Shown: positions 38,201 to 50,337 of the stretch, in pieces | Position numbering within the stretch: the stretch's first letter is position 1 | Layout of the letters: each line of letters starts with the position of its first letter | NCBI GenBank assembly: GCA_964016885.1 | Contig: OZ024741.1 | Span: forward strand, 280,922,001 to 280,986,000 | Length of the DNA: 64,000 nt | Origin: Eledone cirrhosa | Taxonomy: Eukaryota | Direction of reading: 5' to 3' | Position numbers and translations under genes: made by a program | Notes under the pieces: model-generated | Told to the model about the DNA's origin: nothing | The model's input: the letters and a program-made list of their open reading frames with translations, nothing else | Database searches by the model: none

Positions 38201-41200
38201 TGGGCACTTGCTGCTACTTATTGCACCCGAGCACCGGCCACATGTAAAATCTATGTTCTTAGTTAGCTTACCTGTGATCCCACTACATCTTTTATGCACC
38301 CATACTTTGCATTTGGGACATAAAATGGAGTTTCTACCTACGCCTTTCCTACACACTGAGCATGGCCATTTCCCAGATGGGACTGCCGCCATATTTTCTT
38401 TCCTACAAACTAGAACTTTTGTCTTAGCCAGGTTAATTTTAAGGCCTTTTGATTCTAGGCCGTGCTTCCATGTTTGGAATTTCTTCTCTAGTTCGGTCAT
38501 TGATTCAGCTATGAGCGTTAGATCATCTGCGTATAGGAGTTCCCATGGGCAGCCTGTCTTGAACTCCTCTGTTTTAGCCTGAAGGGCAATAATAAATAGT
38601 AGGGGGCTAAGAACAGAGCCCTGATGGACACCAACTTTTACGCTAAACTCTTCACTATATTCGTTGTTAATTCTAACCTTACTGACTGTTTCTTTATACA
38701 TAGCTTGTATAGCTCTCACAAGCCATTCGTCAACACCTAGTTTTCTAAGAGACCACCAGATAATGGAACGGGGGACTCTGTCGAAGGCTTTCTCCAAGTC
38801 GACGAAAGCTAAGTATAGGGGTTTACTTTTAGCTAGGTACTTCTCCTGTAGTTGTCGTACAATGAAAAGAGCGTCTGTGGTACTTTTGCCTGACACAAAC
38901 CCGAACTGCATTTCATCTAGATCAATTCTCTCTCTGATTAGTTGCGCGATTACTTTTTCCGTGACCTTCATGACCTGGTCGATTAATTTAATGCCTCTAT
39001 AGTTACTCCTATCTAGGGCATCTCCTTTTCCCTTATAGCAGTTAACGATGATGCTGCTACGCCAGTCCTTCGGAACAACCCCATTCTGTACGACTTGGTT
39101 AACTATCCGGGTGACCATGGTGTGTCCCACCGAACCAGATGCCTTCAGCATGTATGGTGTTTTTACCCCCCCCCCCCCCCCCCCCCCCTCTCTTTCGTTT
39201 TGCAAATTGAGCATGACCACTTCCCTGATAGCAGCATGATCCTATCTTCTGCTTACTAAAACTTTAATCTTAGCTATGATTACACTAAGGCCTTTCCATT
39301 CTAGGCTTTGGTTCCAAGTCTGGAATTTTTCAGAAGTCAACATTATATAGAAATTCTTATGGACAACCCATCTTATAAAGCTCCTCTGTTGTAGCCTGGA
39401 GAACTATAATAAACAGGAATGGGCTAAGAACTGAGTCTTCATGAACACCCACCTCTATATTCCTTACTAAACTTATTGCCTACTCTCACTTTGTTGACAG
39501 TATCTTCAGTACATGGCTTGTACTGCTCTCACTTTGTTGACAGTATCTTTTGTACATGGCTTGTACTGCTCTCACTTTGTTGACAGTATCTTTTGTACAT
39601 GGCTTGTACTGCTCTCACTTTGTTGACAGTATCTTTTGTACATGGCTTGTTCTGCTCTCACAAACCATTCATCTTAAGATTTTATTAAGATACCAAACAA
39701 CTGATAATATTAAATGCCTTCTCAACAAAAGCTAAATATAGTGACTTCAAATTTGTAGGAATTTCTTTTGAAGTTGTCAGAGAGGAAGGTATCTGTTGTA
39801 CTTCGTTCTGGTATAAATCCAAACTGCATCTCATCTAATCTGGTTATATTCCTAATCAGTCATGCTAAAACACTTTCTATGACTTTCATAACCAGAGCCA
39901 TCAATTTTTAAAATGATGATGATGATAGCTGCTCCTTTCTAGAGTATCACCTTTACCTTTGTAACAGTTCATGATTATACTGTTATGCCAGTCAATGGGT
40001 CTAGCACCATCATGTATTACCTGGCTGGTAATTAATTAATTATCAAAATTAATTAATAAATGTTAAAGTGCTTGATAATTGATATTACACTTCTATCCTA
40101 TTATCAACCTCAGCTGGAATTAGCTGCCATTCTATCTTGTGGATATGTTTAACATCGACACAAATATCTAACTGTAATACTTCCTGCTTCACAAAATTGA
40201 AGAACATATCTTAAATTTCTAGAACCATCTAACCTATGTTAAATTGTGATGTAAAGATATACAAAAAAAACAAATAAACAATAAATTGACTGAATAGAAT
40301 ATCTCTAGGTAATGTAAATTGAATAAAGTCTATCTGATATTATTGTAAATTCCTGAAACTGATTGAATTTATATTTCTCTATTACTAGCTGCTGATATCC
40401 CTAAACCCACTTGTTCAAGAGATATTTTCAAAAATATTAAAAACAACAATGATAAACCACCGCAACAGGATGAAACTGAGGTAAATATAGAATATCTTTT
40501 ATTTTATTTTTATCATTTTTTAGTTCCTCCATCTTTGCCCAATTATTCCTGAGAGACGTCATCTGAAGCAACCATCTCTAAATGATCTGGTTGGATCCCT
40601 AAGCAAAATCAACTATCTTCTTTGAAGTCTACTTCTGGGTTTGCCAGTTTGCTTTTCCATTAAAATCTGTCCTGTAGTTCTTTCAATAGAACTGGAAGAT
40701 CGTGATGTTATCTGACCTTTTGCCTTCCCATCTGTCTAACCCCACCAGTTTGATCTGACATGGGAAGCTAGAAGCGTCTAATTTAAGCTTAATTATGCCT
40801 GAGAGCAGCATCGAGTGAGAGGCGACCGATAATGAGGCAGCATGACAGGAGATGAAGGCCGAAAACATCTATTATGGATCTGTCGCACCATTTGTGTTGC
40901 TCGCAGAAACGAAGGCTGAACCTCAGGAAAACACTGATGCATAGACAGTCGCTGGCCAGCTGAGTACCAGTTAACTGCGCAGGAATGACATTTAGCCAGA
41001 CACCACTATCAGACGGTGCTGGTCAAGTAGGTGCACAAGACTCTGAAACTTTGTCACATTTGCAATGGAGTCCACGTTGGCTACAAGTTATGTATGCCGC
41101 CTCGAGTTTACTGATGGTAGTAGGCTCTGATATATTGTGAAAAACCTTGTCGATAAGGACTGGAGGTCAGCGATGAAAGAAATATCTGCAATGACATTCT

Positions 41201-44200
41201 AACAATGTGTCTGTAGTACCGGAGATGTAATCTCTCAATTCAAAGAACTAGTGGCTCTACCTGGAGCAGCTTTCTGATCTATTTGAAGAACAAAATGTAA
41301 ACACATTGGCTGTGGTTTAATTAAAGCACCTGGTCTACTCTACAAGGTGATCGTGCTGGTGACAATGAAAAAGTACCCAGTCCAACCAGTCATTTTAGTG
41401 TCATGATAATTAGCATCCAGTCCACATTGGGTTAGGAAGGAGATCCAGCCGTAGAAACCAAGCCAGAAACAGTTCTGTATGAGCAAGACACAGTCACCTG
41501 ATCTGACTTGTCTCACAACGAGACAACTCATTTAACCCATGCTAGCATGGAAAATGGACCTTAAACTGTGATGAATATATAGCTCTAATTACACTAGGCA
41601 AGTTAAAGTATTATATATGGTTGAATTGACACTGTTAGCCAGATAATGATTTGACAGTTGGTATTTCAAAAATAGGCTGCGAATTGGCACTCGATAGCAT
41701 GTCAGAATGCTCTGAGTTCAAATCCTGCTGATGTCAACTTTGCCTTTCATCCAGTCAAGGTTGAGGAAAAAAGTACCAGTCAAGTACTGGGGTTAATTCT
41801 TCCTCTATATCTCTTTCTTCCATTCTCTCTCTATCCTTTTCTGGAAGAAATCTTCTGTATTCAAACTTGGAGAAGATTGAGCTCTGCCAGGTTTAAAAAT
41901 GCCCTAGAAACCCTGTATGTCAATATGGTACCTCTACAACCTCCTCAGGAGTTACAGGACCATTAATTCCATTCATCTCTCAAAGTACTGTGCTGTGTCA
42001 AAGGATCAAAACACCAAACTCTGAAATTGGTTAGACAGCCTAAATATAAATAAGTACCATGCTGTGGTAAATAAAGACAGCAATGTTTGTGTTTGATAGA
42101 TGTTTAATTAACTTATGTTGAATTAAAATCTTTCTGAGTATAATTTTGAGAGATAAACTTAGCCAGGCTAGCTTGTCTTTAAATACACTATAAGAATCTG
42201 AATTCTGGTAATGCTACCGTTATTCAATAAGTTATGGGCCTCTTTCAATTATATTTTGAAAGTAATTTGTGTTTTTAAGATAGTTTTGTGTGTATGGGGG
42301 TGGTCCCAGCTTAAAAAATTAAGCCCAAAACAGAAAGTATGAGTAAGACAGTCACCGAACCTGTCTGGCCTCAGAATATGACAACCCATCAACCCCATGC
42401 AAGCGTGGATTTCACATGAAATGTGGATGATGATCTATGAAGATTGAAATTGAAACTTTCTTGTATAGTTTCTACTCAAAATATTTCCCCTATATAATTC
42501 CCATTTTATTTTATTAATTGCTATTTAATTTTAATGAAAACATATTACTTATGTATCAAAAAGGCTATATTTTCTAAACAAATGAATAATCATGTAGTAA
42601 CTTGTACAATACATATCTGAATATATAGTTTTCTTTTTTATAACTTTTATAAATTTTTATAAAATTATTTACATATTGAGCATTTGTAAAATTATAAATA
42701 AAATCAGATAATTCTTTTTGATACACCCTGTATACATATTTATTCACTATGTCTATCAAGGAACCTCTCAACCAAATAGATGTGGGTATTTTATACTCCG
42801 ATTACCTCCAAAATCTTTATCTAGACAAAATGATGCAGAATGCAATTGAAAAGAGAGATGCAGATGCAACAGTAAGTAGTGGTTACATATCTTCATTCTT
42901 TATTTATGTAGCATATACATGAATAACAGGCCAGGGATGAACTGGGAAAAGCTTGGTATAAGTGGAATCAGATGTAGTCTACAAAAAAGAAGACTGTGCT
43001 GGTATGGACATGTGATGCATATGGACGATGATTGCTAGGTGAAGAATTGTCAAGGAAGCTGGAGTAGAGGAAAACTGTTAAAAACTTGAGCAGAGGTAGT
43101 TAAAGCCAATGTCAAAATTCTGAACATCACAGTGGAGACTATGAAAGAACACTGAGTGAAGGCAGGCTATATTGGAAAGGACCCATACAACCCATACAAG
43201 TATGGAAAAGGGGTTGTGAAAATAATGATAATGATGATGATGATGCTAATAACGTATGGAAGCCGAAAGATCCTCTGCTAGGCATAGTTTCAAAGAAGTA
43301 TGAGTTAATACGTTTGACTTATAACATGGAATAACTGAGATTTTACAGAATATAGCTGATCCATGAATAAAGCAAGGTGAGATGCTGGTAGAGTGGATAA
43401 GATCATACAAATTATTTATTATTTACTTACAAAGCTCCCATGACTTTCGTAAACATTTTTTCACACTCAGAGTTGCTGAAGCATGGAACAAACTGCCTGT
43501 GTCAGTTGTTAGCTGCCGAGACACTGCATCCTTTAAAACACTCATGCTTCCCGAAATACGCCAAAACTACACCTGATGTACCCCTTCCATACACATGCAC
43601 ACCATGACTCATGCACTGTTCATTTTCCTGACGTTTGTACATTACCTTATGTACTATACATACACTTTTTGATGAGTTGCAGTGCACCTGAGCACTGTAC
43701 ACAATATTTCATTATTATTATTATTATAACTAGTGGACCAGTGCCATCAACAATGTTGAATGTATTCAATTTTTACAGTCCAAATTTGGTATGACATATA
43801 CACCAGGATTACTGAATATATGAACATTGGGAAATTTGCGTTTTGATAAATTTATGGTTTGCATAAGAGAAGCTCTATAGTTTATGATGGAAGAGATTAA
43901 TGATGAAAATGGTATTTTAATCATTTATTTCTAGGATATAATTACATAAATGTTCAACATACTTGTACAAAAGACATACAGGATTTAAATGTATGAGTAA
44001 CTTTGGAGAAATAACTATTTACAGGGACAAATATAGAGTTAGAACTCAGGACCTTATGATTGAAATAACATGCGAGATAGGAATTGTATTGTTTGTATCA
44101 ATTTTAAAGAGTTTACAGATAGAGATACAGTGGAAGCTCAGTTCATGAACTTAATTCCTTCCTGAAGGCTGTTTGTCACCCAAAATGTTTGTAAACTGAA

Positions 44201-47200
44201 ACTATTTTTCCCTATAGAAAATGTTGAGAGAAATACAGTGAACAAGAGACTGTGTGTGAAAGATAGATACCGCCATAGTAACACTTTCCTGCTGTTACTC
44301 CAAGTGACACTTTCCTGCTGTTACTCCAAGCTTGTTGCTGGCTTGCGCGTTCGTGAACCAAAGTTCCACTGTATAAATATACAAACACACATTGCATATT
44401 ATTATTTGTACTATGTTTTATTTTATCAATTAAAACCAATCTTTATGTTTAGATATTTTTCTGTCGACTTTAATTTCTCAATTTACTTTGTATAAAATAT
44501 TTAACAGAGGCAGATTCATGATTTATACAACTTGGTACAATCTAATAATGAAACAGAATTAGATTTACATCTAAAATTGAATAAAATAAACCACAATAAC
44601 ATGGTCTCTCATCTTGGTAATATTCAGGTAAGTGTGGTTATATGTAGTGGCTTTGTACCCATTCTCACATACAGGAAAATACATGCACTCACACAAAGGA
44701 AAATACATGTACTCACATACACATACACGAAGGTGGAAAGTTGGTAGATTGGTTAAAGCATTAGATAAAAGGTCCTGTCATGTTTTGGTTATGCAGTTTC
44801 AAATTCAGTCATGATCAACTTTGCCTTTCATCCGTCAAGGGTCAATAAAGTATCAGTCAAGTACCGAGATGGATTTTTCTGTTTGCTACATTGCCTGATA
44901 GGAAGAATCATGGAAGACTACTCATACATCACCCCATCTCAAGAAATGGAAAAAGCTTTAATAAGGTTTTAGCAAACCCTTATAGCAAAACTAGTGGCAA
45001 ATTGGCAGTTGTTAGAGTGTGACATAGAATGCTTTACAGCATTTGTTTTGACTCTGTGATTTGAGTTTTAATTCTGCCCAGGTCAACTTTACCTTTCGTC
45101 CTTTCAAGGTTGATAAAAAGTACCAGTCTAGTACTGGGGTCAATTCTTCCTCTTTCACACTTTCTATCCTTTTCTGGAAGAAATATGCTGTATACAGACC
45201 TGGAGAGGGATGGGCTCTGCCAGACTTAACAATACCCAAGAAACATATGTCTATGGTGCCTCTACAACTGCATCAGGAGTTACGGGACCATACTGACATA
45301 TAGTAAACATATTTGAGGGATTGATAGTAAAAAGTTTAATTCTTCTTTTAAAATCTAACCACTTTTTTTTTTCCTTTTTAAACAGAGTGCAGTAGTTTCC
45401 AAAATAAATACCTCATTACCTGATATGAAAGCCAAACACAATAATTTGGCCAAAAATTTGGATACAGTTCCTCATCAGATTGCAACAGAAGGAATTTTCC
45501 ATCCAAATGATGAATCTTATATTGGTATTTATTCATTAAATATTTTTTTCTCCATGTACATTAAATTTTTTTAAATTTGACTTCCTATGCTGGAAGACCA
45601 AGAAAGACATGACTAAAAATGGAGGAAGAAACAAAAGCTAGAGCTTTTGTGAAGGAGATACTGGTGACAGAGACAAAAGGAAAAGTTTGTTATGGGATCC
45701 ACAAGGCTAACCTTTGCTTTGGCAGGGAAGATGGCCTTAAAACGCTTCTTGTTGTATCAAATAAATCTTATAAACTAGACTACACCTTTTTAAAACATAG
45801 TTGTAGTGTTTCATTAATTACCTTAAAACAGTTTGTTGTCATGGCTTCCTATTTAATATAATAATGAAATTATTGTGTAAAGTGCTCAGGTGCACTACAA
45901 CTCGTCAATATAGTACATAGAATAATACACAAATGCCAGGGAAGTACATGTTTGTATGTGTTAGCTGTAGTGTTGGCGGATCTCGGGAAGCATGGAGGCC
46001 TTAAAGGATGCAGCGTCTCGACAGCTAACAACTGATGCAGGTAGTTTGTTCCATGCTTCAGCAACTCTGAGCGTGAAAAAATGTTTCCGAAAGTCATGGG
46101 AACTGTGCTGTTTTCTTACTTTGTGGGCATGTCCACGTGTGTTAGACACATGGAAATCGAAAAGGCACCATCAGTTATTCCTCTATATCTATTGCAGTTA
46201 TTGGCTATGGATTATTTTATTTGTATGTTTACCATCACAGATTGGCCAGCACTCAAGTGGAGCCACTGACTTCTAAGTCAGCTAAGGGCCTAACAAACAA
46301 TCTCATGCTCTACCAAGGACATTTTATTGTAGCAACAAACACTAGGGAAGTTGTCATGTCTTTAGCACAAATGAAGAGTCATTCCAACCATTTGTTTGGC
46401 AGGTTTTCTACAGCAGTGTCTTCTATAATTACAAACCACTTTACAGAATGTACTGGGTGTGTTTTTTATGTAAATCACCAACACTAGGGTGGTCATCATG
46501 CCCTGACACAACTGAAGAGCCCTCTCAACCCTTTTTTGCATTTAATTTTTTTCTATATGAATTCATTTTATTTTTATTTTGTGCAGGTTCAGAATGTCTG
46601 GTTCTACTTAGTATGTTTACTTTATTGTTTTGGTTGCAGACTTTGTGAATTAGTGTTACATCCTACTTCATGGTAGTGAAACTTTACTCTTACTATCAAA
46701 TAACAAAAGTGCCTTGATGGAGCATATACATCCATGCTTCATTGGGCTCAACACACAAGCAGGAGGCAACATATTTTTCTTAGAGAAATATGTGATTTTC
46801 AATATTTCTGATACTATGTGAAACAGGAGGGTGAAAGATACACTTTAAATAAAGTTGTCTCATTTACTGTTTTGGAATCCAACATCTGTCAAAAGCCAAA
46901 GCAGTTGCAGGCTCATCTATCCAAATGTCATAGCCAAAGACTGGTATTGATGTTTAGGATCTAAGCAACGGCATGAACAACCAATCTAAGTGGAGATCTA
47001 TCATTCTGTATCGGCTGAGGCTGCGGGATGAATAAGAAAAAATGGTGTTGCAGGTAACATGAATACTGTGACTAAACACACAGTATTTCATCAATTACCT
47101 TAAAATAGTTTGATGAAAAAATAGGAGGAGGCCATGACAACAAAGCATGCCTCTATAACTATTGCAGTTATTGGCTATGGATTATTTTACCTTAGGTTTT

Positions 47201-48633
47201 GTGGCAGCTTTTGGTTTATTTATATTTTACCTTTTCACACACAGTCTAGAATCATTATCATCATTATCCTCTGAGTGTCTCAGCGAATTGAAGTCAGCTC
47301 TCACCATCTCTACCCAGTTCTTCCTTGGTCTACCTCTACTACAGCTTACCTCCACCGGGATTTCCTGGCAATTTTTCACCCAGCAGCCATTATCCATGCA
47401 CATCACATATCTGTACCAGTGTATGAAAGTTAAATAAAGTTTGAATTTATTTTTCCTTTGTTTCATTTTCAGATGATATGACAAATAATTTAATGGAAAC
47501 AGAACAGTTATTGAAGAAAATAGAGGAAGTAACTGAATCTACTTTGCCATCTTTGTCTTTATACAATTCTCACTTAAAACAACTAGTTGAAACAATTTCC
47601 ACAGAAAAGGATGAAATTGAGCAGTAAGTTTCAAACTAGGCTTCCCTGCTTACTATTGCCTTTAGTTTTCACTGTCTGTTCACATTTTTCTATCACCAGG
47701 AGCACTTTACCTGATTTTCTCAACTATCAGCTATAGTAATCAACTATTATTAGGCTGCACACATTTCAAATTTTCAATTTTCCCAATATAATGCTTTGCA
47801 GTATTTGTCCCGACTCTCTGCTCTCTGAGTTCCAATTCCGCCAAGGTCAACTTTACCTTTCATTCATTTAAGGTTAAAAAAAAAATGTACCAGTCTAATA
47901 CTGGGGTTGATTCTTCCTCTATATCTCTTTCTCACTTCCTTTCTCTCACTCTCTATCCTTCCCTGGAAGAAATTTGTTGTATTCAAACCTGGAGAGGAGA
48001 TGAGATTGGCTCCACCAGGTTTATAAATGCCCTAAGAAATGTTGTATGCCAATATGGCCCCCTTATGACTCCCTCAGGAGTTATAGGTCCATATATACAT
48101 ACATACATGTAGCAGAAACATATTAAACATTTGGTTTACATTTCAAATAGTGGAGGTAGCATGGCCGGATGGTTAAGAAGTTTGCTTTATGATCATTATG
48201 TCCCAGGTTTCATCCCAATGTGTGGCATCTTGAGCAAATGTTATTTATAATAGCCTCAAGTTGACCCATGTCAGGGAAATTAGGTTGATGGAAACTGTTT
48301 ATCACACACACTTTGTCATGATGAATCTCCTTGAGAATTATGTTATGGGTACACATTTCTGTGGAATGCTTTAATTTCATGAGTGGGCTGTTCCATTGAG
48401 TGAACAATCGAAACACTCATTGCCGAAACCGTTAGAGATCCTTTCCCTTACAGATAATTTGTCATTTTATATTATTAAAATTGCTGTCATTCAATCACTA
48501 ATCTATTTTTCTTTTAAATTTTAGGACAAATGAGTTATTGGCTGCCATGGAAACCTCAACAATACAGCAAACATCACTGAAGTTCCAACATTTAGAAAAA
48601 GATACAGATTCTGAACCTCTTGTTAATAGTTAA
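26236..48633 (+). CDS. HAUS8: HAUS augmin-like complex subunit 8 (HICE1)-like, spliced, about 460-480 aa
   Basis: GT-AG exons: 26236-26304, 27960-28165, 29403-29455, 29794-29850 (or -29872), 32060-32111, 33841-33872, 34503-34570, 36185-36356, 40389-40480, 42761-42871, 44508-44627, 45386-45524, 47473-47623, 48525-48633 (TAA). Phases are consistent throughout; with the 29850 donor the CDS is 1431 nt. The protein has KPKKKGRVVPSRYMQ (cf. vertebrate GRVIESRYLQ), LPYIDASTI (cf. PDLDLSAI), NLAKNLDTVPHQIATEGI (cf. TFATALDTTRHELPVRSI) and C-terminal coiled coils. AATAAA at 48734 and 48801. The exon 4/5 junction is ambiguous. Confidence 0.85.
26516..26730. mobile_element. piggyBac-like MITE (related elements at ~29920-30153, 33340-33777, 56578-56821)
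   Basis: TTAA on both flanks; TIRs CCCCTTAGCATTTA / TAAATGCTAAAGAG. Confidence 0.7.
27494..27742 (+). mobile_element. tRNA-derived SINE, third family (also 63401-63650; tail only at 50060-50190)
   Basis: GTGGTTTAGTGGTTAG A-box, GAGTTCGATTCC B-box, CCCTTGAGCAAGACACTTTA domain and a shared hairpin-rich tail. Confidence 0.8.
30610..31000 (-). mobile_element. I-group (Ingi/Vingi-like) LINE 3' fragment
   Basis: DSPACDCGDSDQSVLHVVLDCP zinc knuckle at the end of the ORF. Confidence 0.6.
33420..33610 (-). mobile_element. Young short-tail SINE in a HAUS8 intron
   Basis: Near-identical to 7994-8179. Confidence 0.9.
34256..34451. mobile_element. mariner-like MITE
   Basis: TA on both flanks; ~30-bp TIRs CAAAGGTCAGCTGAAAAGTTCATAGGCTGA / TCAGCCTATGAACTTTTCAGCTGACCCTCG. 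Confidence 0.85.
35482..35983 (+). mobile_element. CR1-clade LINE 3' fragment
   Basis: LPYSERLASLGMDSLKLRRL...TRGHAYKI...RKHFFTLRVAEAWNKLP...SFK; (ATT)n tail. Confidence 0.9.
37177..39160 (-). mobile_element. Young 5'-truncated RTE LINE: open RT, PHD finger, C-terminal region, 3' UTR and (ATG)n tail
   Basis: About 525 open codons from MLKASG: KGKGDALDRSNYRGIKL, QFGF, AFVDLEKAFDRVP, GVHQGSVLSPLLF, LLYADDL, FRYLG, RRLRWYGH, GRPRKTW. No APE domain in this copy. Confidence 0.95.
39481..39662. repeat. 43-bp tandem repeat (x4) amplified from RTE RT coding sequence
   Basis: Unit TACTGCTCTCACTTTGTTGACAGTATCTTTTGTACATGGCTTG; corresponds to the VRAVQAMY...VNKVR segment of RTE RT. Confidence 0.9.
43433..43728 (+). 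mobile_element. CR1 3' fragment
   Basis: Near-identical to 35683-35983. Confidence 0.9.
44128..44371. mobile_element. Tigger-like MITE (related copies at ~28496-28710 and 55080-55369)
   Basis: TA flanks; TIRs CAGTGGAAGCTCAGTTCATGAAC / GTTCGTGAACCAAAGTTCCACTG. Confidence 0.85.
45858..46157 (-). mobile_element. CR1 3' fragment, inverted relative to the other two copies
   Basis: SNTRGHAHKVRKQHSSHDFRKHFFTLRVAEAWNKLP on the minus strand. Confidence 0.9.
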
Positions 48634-49074
48634 ATACTTTTTGTAATGATAAAAAATTAATTTATTTTGAATTATTTAATTATACGAACGATATATAATA
48701 ATGTGATATAAATTTGTACTTTCAAAAATCTATAATAAATTTATTACTTATTTTTTACATTTTCTATCTTCTCAAAATATATTGTGCTTACTTCTTTTGC
48801 AATAAAAACACTGTAAATAAATTTTAGTATTTCAATTCTTTTAGTTAAAATTCAAATTACTGTATATACTTGAATATAAGCTGAGCCCCTATTTTATGTC
48901 TAAGAAATAGGCAAAAATCCAAACCCTGTTTATAAGTTGAGGCAGGTAATCAACATGTTTAGATGCAGTTTTGAAATTCACAAGAGTGGAGGATATATTG
49001 ATGAAGCTTTAATGTTTTAATATTTAAAATATTTTAAGTATTATTTAGAGTATAGTTTTTGTTTTACAACTCCA

Positions 49075-49296
49075 TTATAATGGTGTTGTTGTAGGTGATA
49101 GGTTGTGAGAAGCCGCTGTTATCCAACACCGTGTTATAGTAGGATGCCGCCCTGTCAAAGATAGCCTTATTAGAGGAGAGGTTTGAGATTCTAGTACTGA
49201 TATGCTTAACGAAGTTTCTAAAAACAGTGGGAGGGTGGCATGAGTCCTTGTGAATGTAATTAAGTTTCTCGTTTAGCTTATGGAAGGGTCTGTGGG
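49075..49296 (-). mobile_element. Penelope-like (Naiad-type) RT thumb fragment
   Basis: Open minus-strand frame, absent from the ORF track: HRPFHKLNEKLNYIHKDSCHPPTVFRNFVKHISTRISNLSSNKAIFDRAASYYNTVLDNSGF (PLE motifs SxHP, RxS and Y..AL..SGY). Confidence 0.85.
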
Positions 49297-49319
49297 TGGG
49301 TGTGTGTGCGAAGGTCTAC

Positions 49320-49504
49320 GGTGGATTGGCAGTATCGGTAGAGGGTTTGACGCCATGCTTTCCAGCATAGTTACGTCCCTTTACGATCTGAGTTCAAATC
49401 CCGCCGAGGTTGACTTTGCCTTTCATCCTTACGGGGTCGATAAAATAAAGTACCAGTAATGCACTGGGTAATTGCTGGCCTTGTGCCTAAAGTAGAAACA
49501 ATTA
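49320..49504 (+). mobile_element. Young short-tail tRNA-derived SINE (cleanest copy)
   Basis: A-box-like TGGCAGTATCGG, B-box GAGTTCAAATCC, GCCTTTCATCCTTACGGGGTCGATAAAATAAAGTACCAG domain, tail GGCCTTGTGCCTAAAGTAGAAACAATTAT. Confidence 0.92.
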
Positions 49505-50337
49505 TATAATGATTTTTTTTTTTTTTAAATTATTAATTTCTGACCGTTTTGAAGGCCATATTCATTCGAAACATTAAAAGCAATAGGAAATGCGAATTTC
49601 ACTTCGAAAGTGAAACAATTAGAATATTCACCTCCAAAGTGAAAATATTTTACCACTTCGTTTATGAAGAATTTTGAAATCGGTGAATATCAGCAAAATA
49701 CTGATTTTGGATATTCATCGTTTTTTTTTTTTCTTTGTCGCATATTTCTCAGCTTGTATACAAGTATATACAGTACATGGAAACACACTGTCTACACATA
49801 TAATGTTAAGATTGATGGATAAATAGTAGCATGCAGTGAATATCAGTACAGAATATGATTGGTCCCAATTTTGTCCCTGTCACCTAACCAGATATACCTC
49901 TATACATACACACACATATATATATGGTGGAGTTGTTAGAATGTCAGATAGAATGCTTTGTGGTATTCGTTCCAGCTTGACAAAAAATAAAAAAAAAAAC
50001 CTTTGCTACTGATATTCCAAAATATCACAGAAAATGGGAAAATAGGACAAACATTGTGTTTCTGCCAGGAGTTGTGATTGTAGATAGTATTAGCAAGGGG
50101 AAGACCAATGGAAACATTGTTTCCTTGGTCTGATTTGATGAGATCTACTCCACTTGATAAGTGAATGAGGTCTGGGATCTTGTCAATCTATTCCTTTGTT
50201 ACTACATACTTCCCATTTCAATTTATCCATAAAATCTTATTCAAATGTATAAGTAAACATTTTAAAATGAGGTCAGAGATCTTATTGATTTAGAATTACT
50301 TGTGAAGAAGTTTGAAAGTGTTTGTCCATACAGTCCA

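Larger units (their letters stand above)
36480..40030 (-). mobile_element. Old decayed RTE copy (36480-37176 plus ~39190-40030) interrupted by a younger RTE
   Basis: Both halves show degenerate RTE coding motifs; SGKWSCSICK on one side continues as CTQCEQQVHKRC on the other. Confidence 0.75.
48860..49773. mobile_element. Non-autonomous Tc1/mariner-pogo element with nested PLE and SINE fragments
   Basis: TA flanks; TIRs CTGTATATACTTGAATATAAGCTGAG / CTCAGCTTGTATACAAGTATATACAG. A matching empty site is seen at ~56900. Confidence 0.85.

Noticed and set aside
49320-49404. tRNA gene
   Set aside because: A/B boxes are present but there is no cloverleaf; it is a SINE head, like the other copies.
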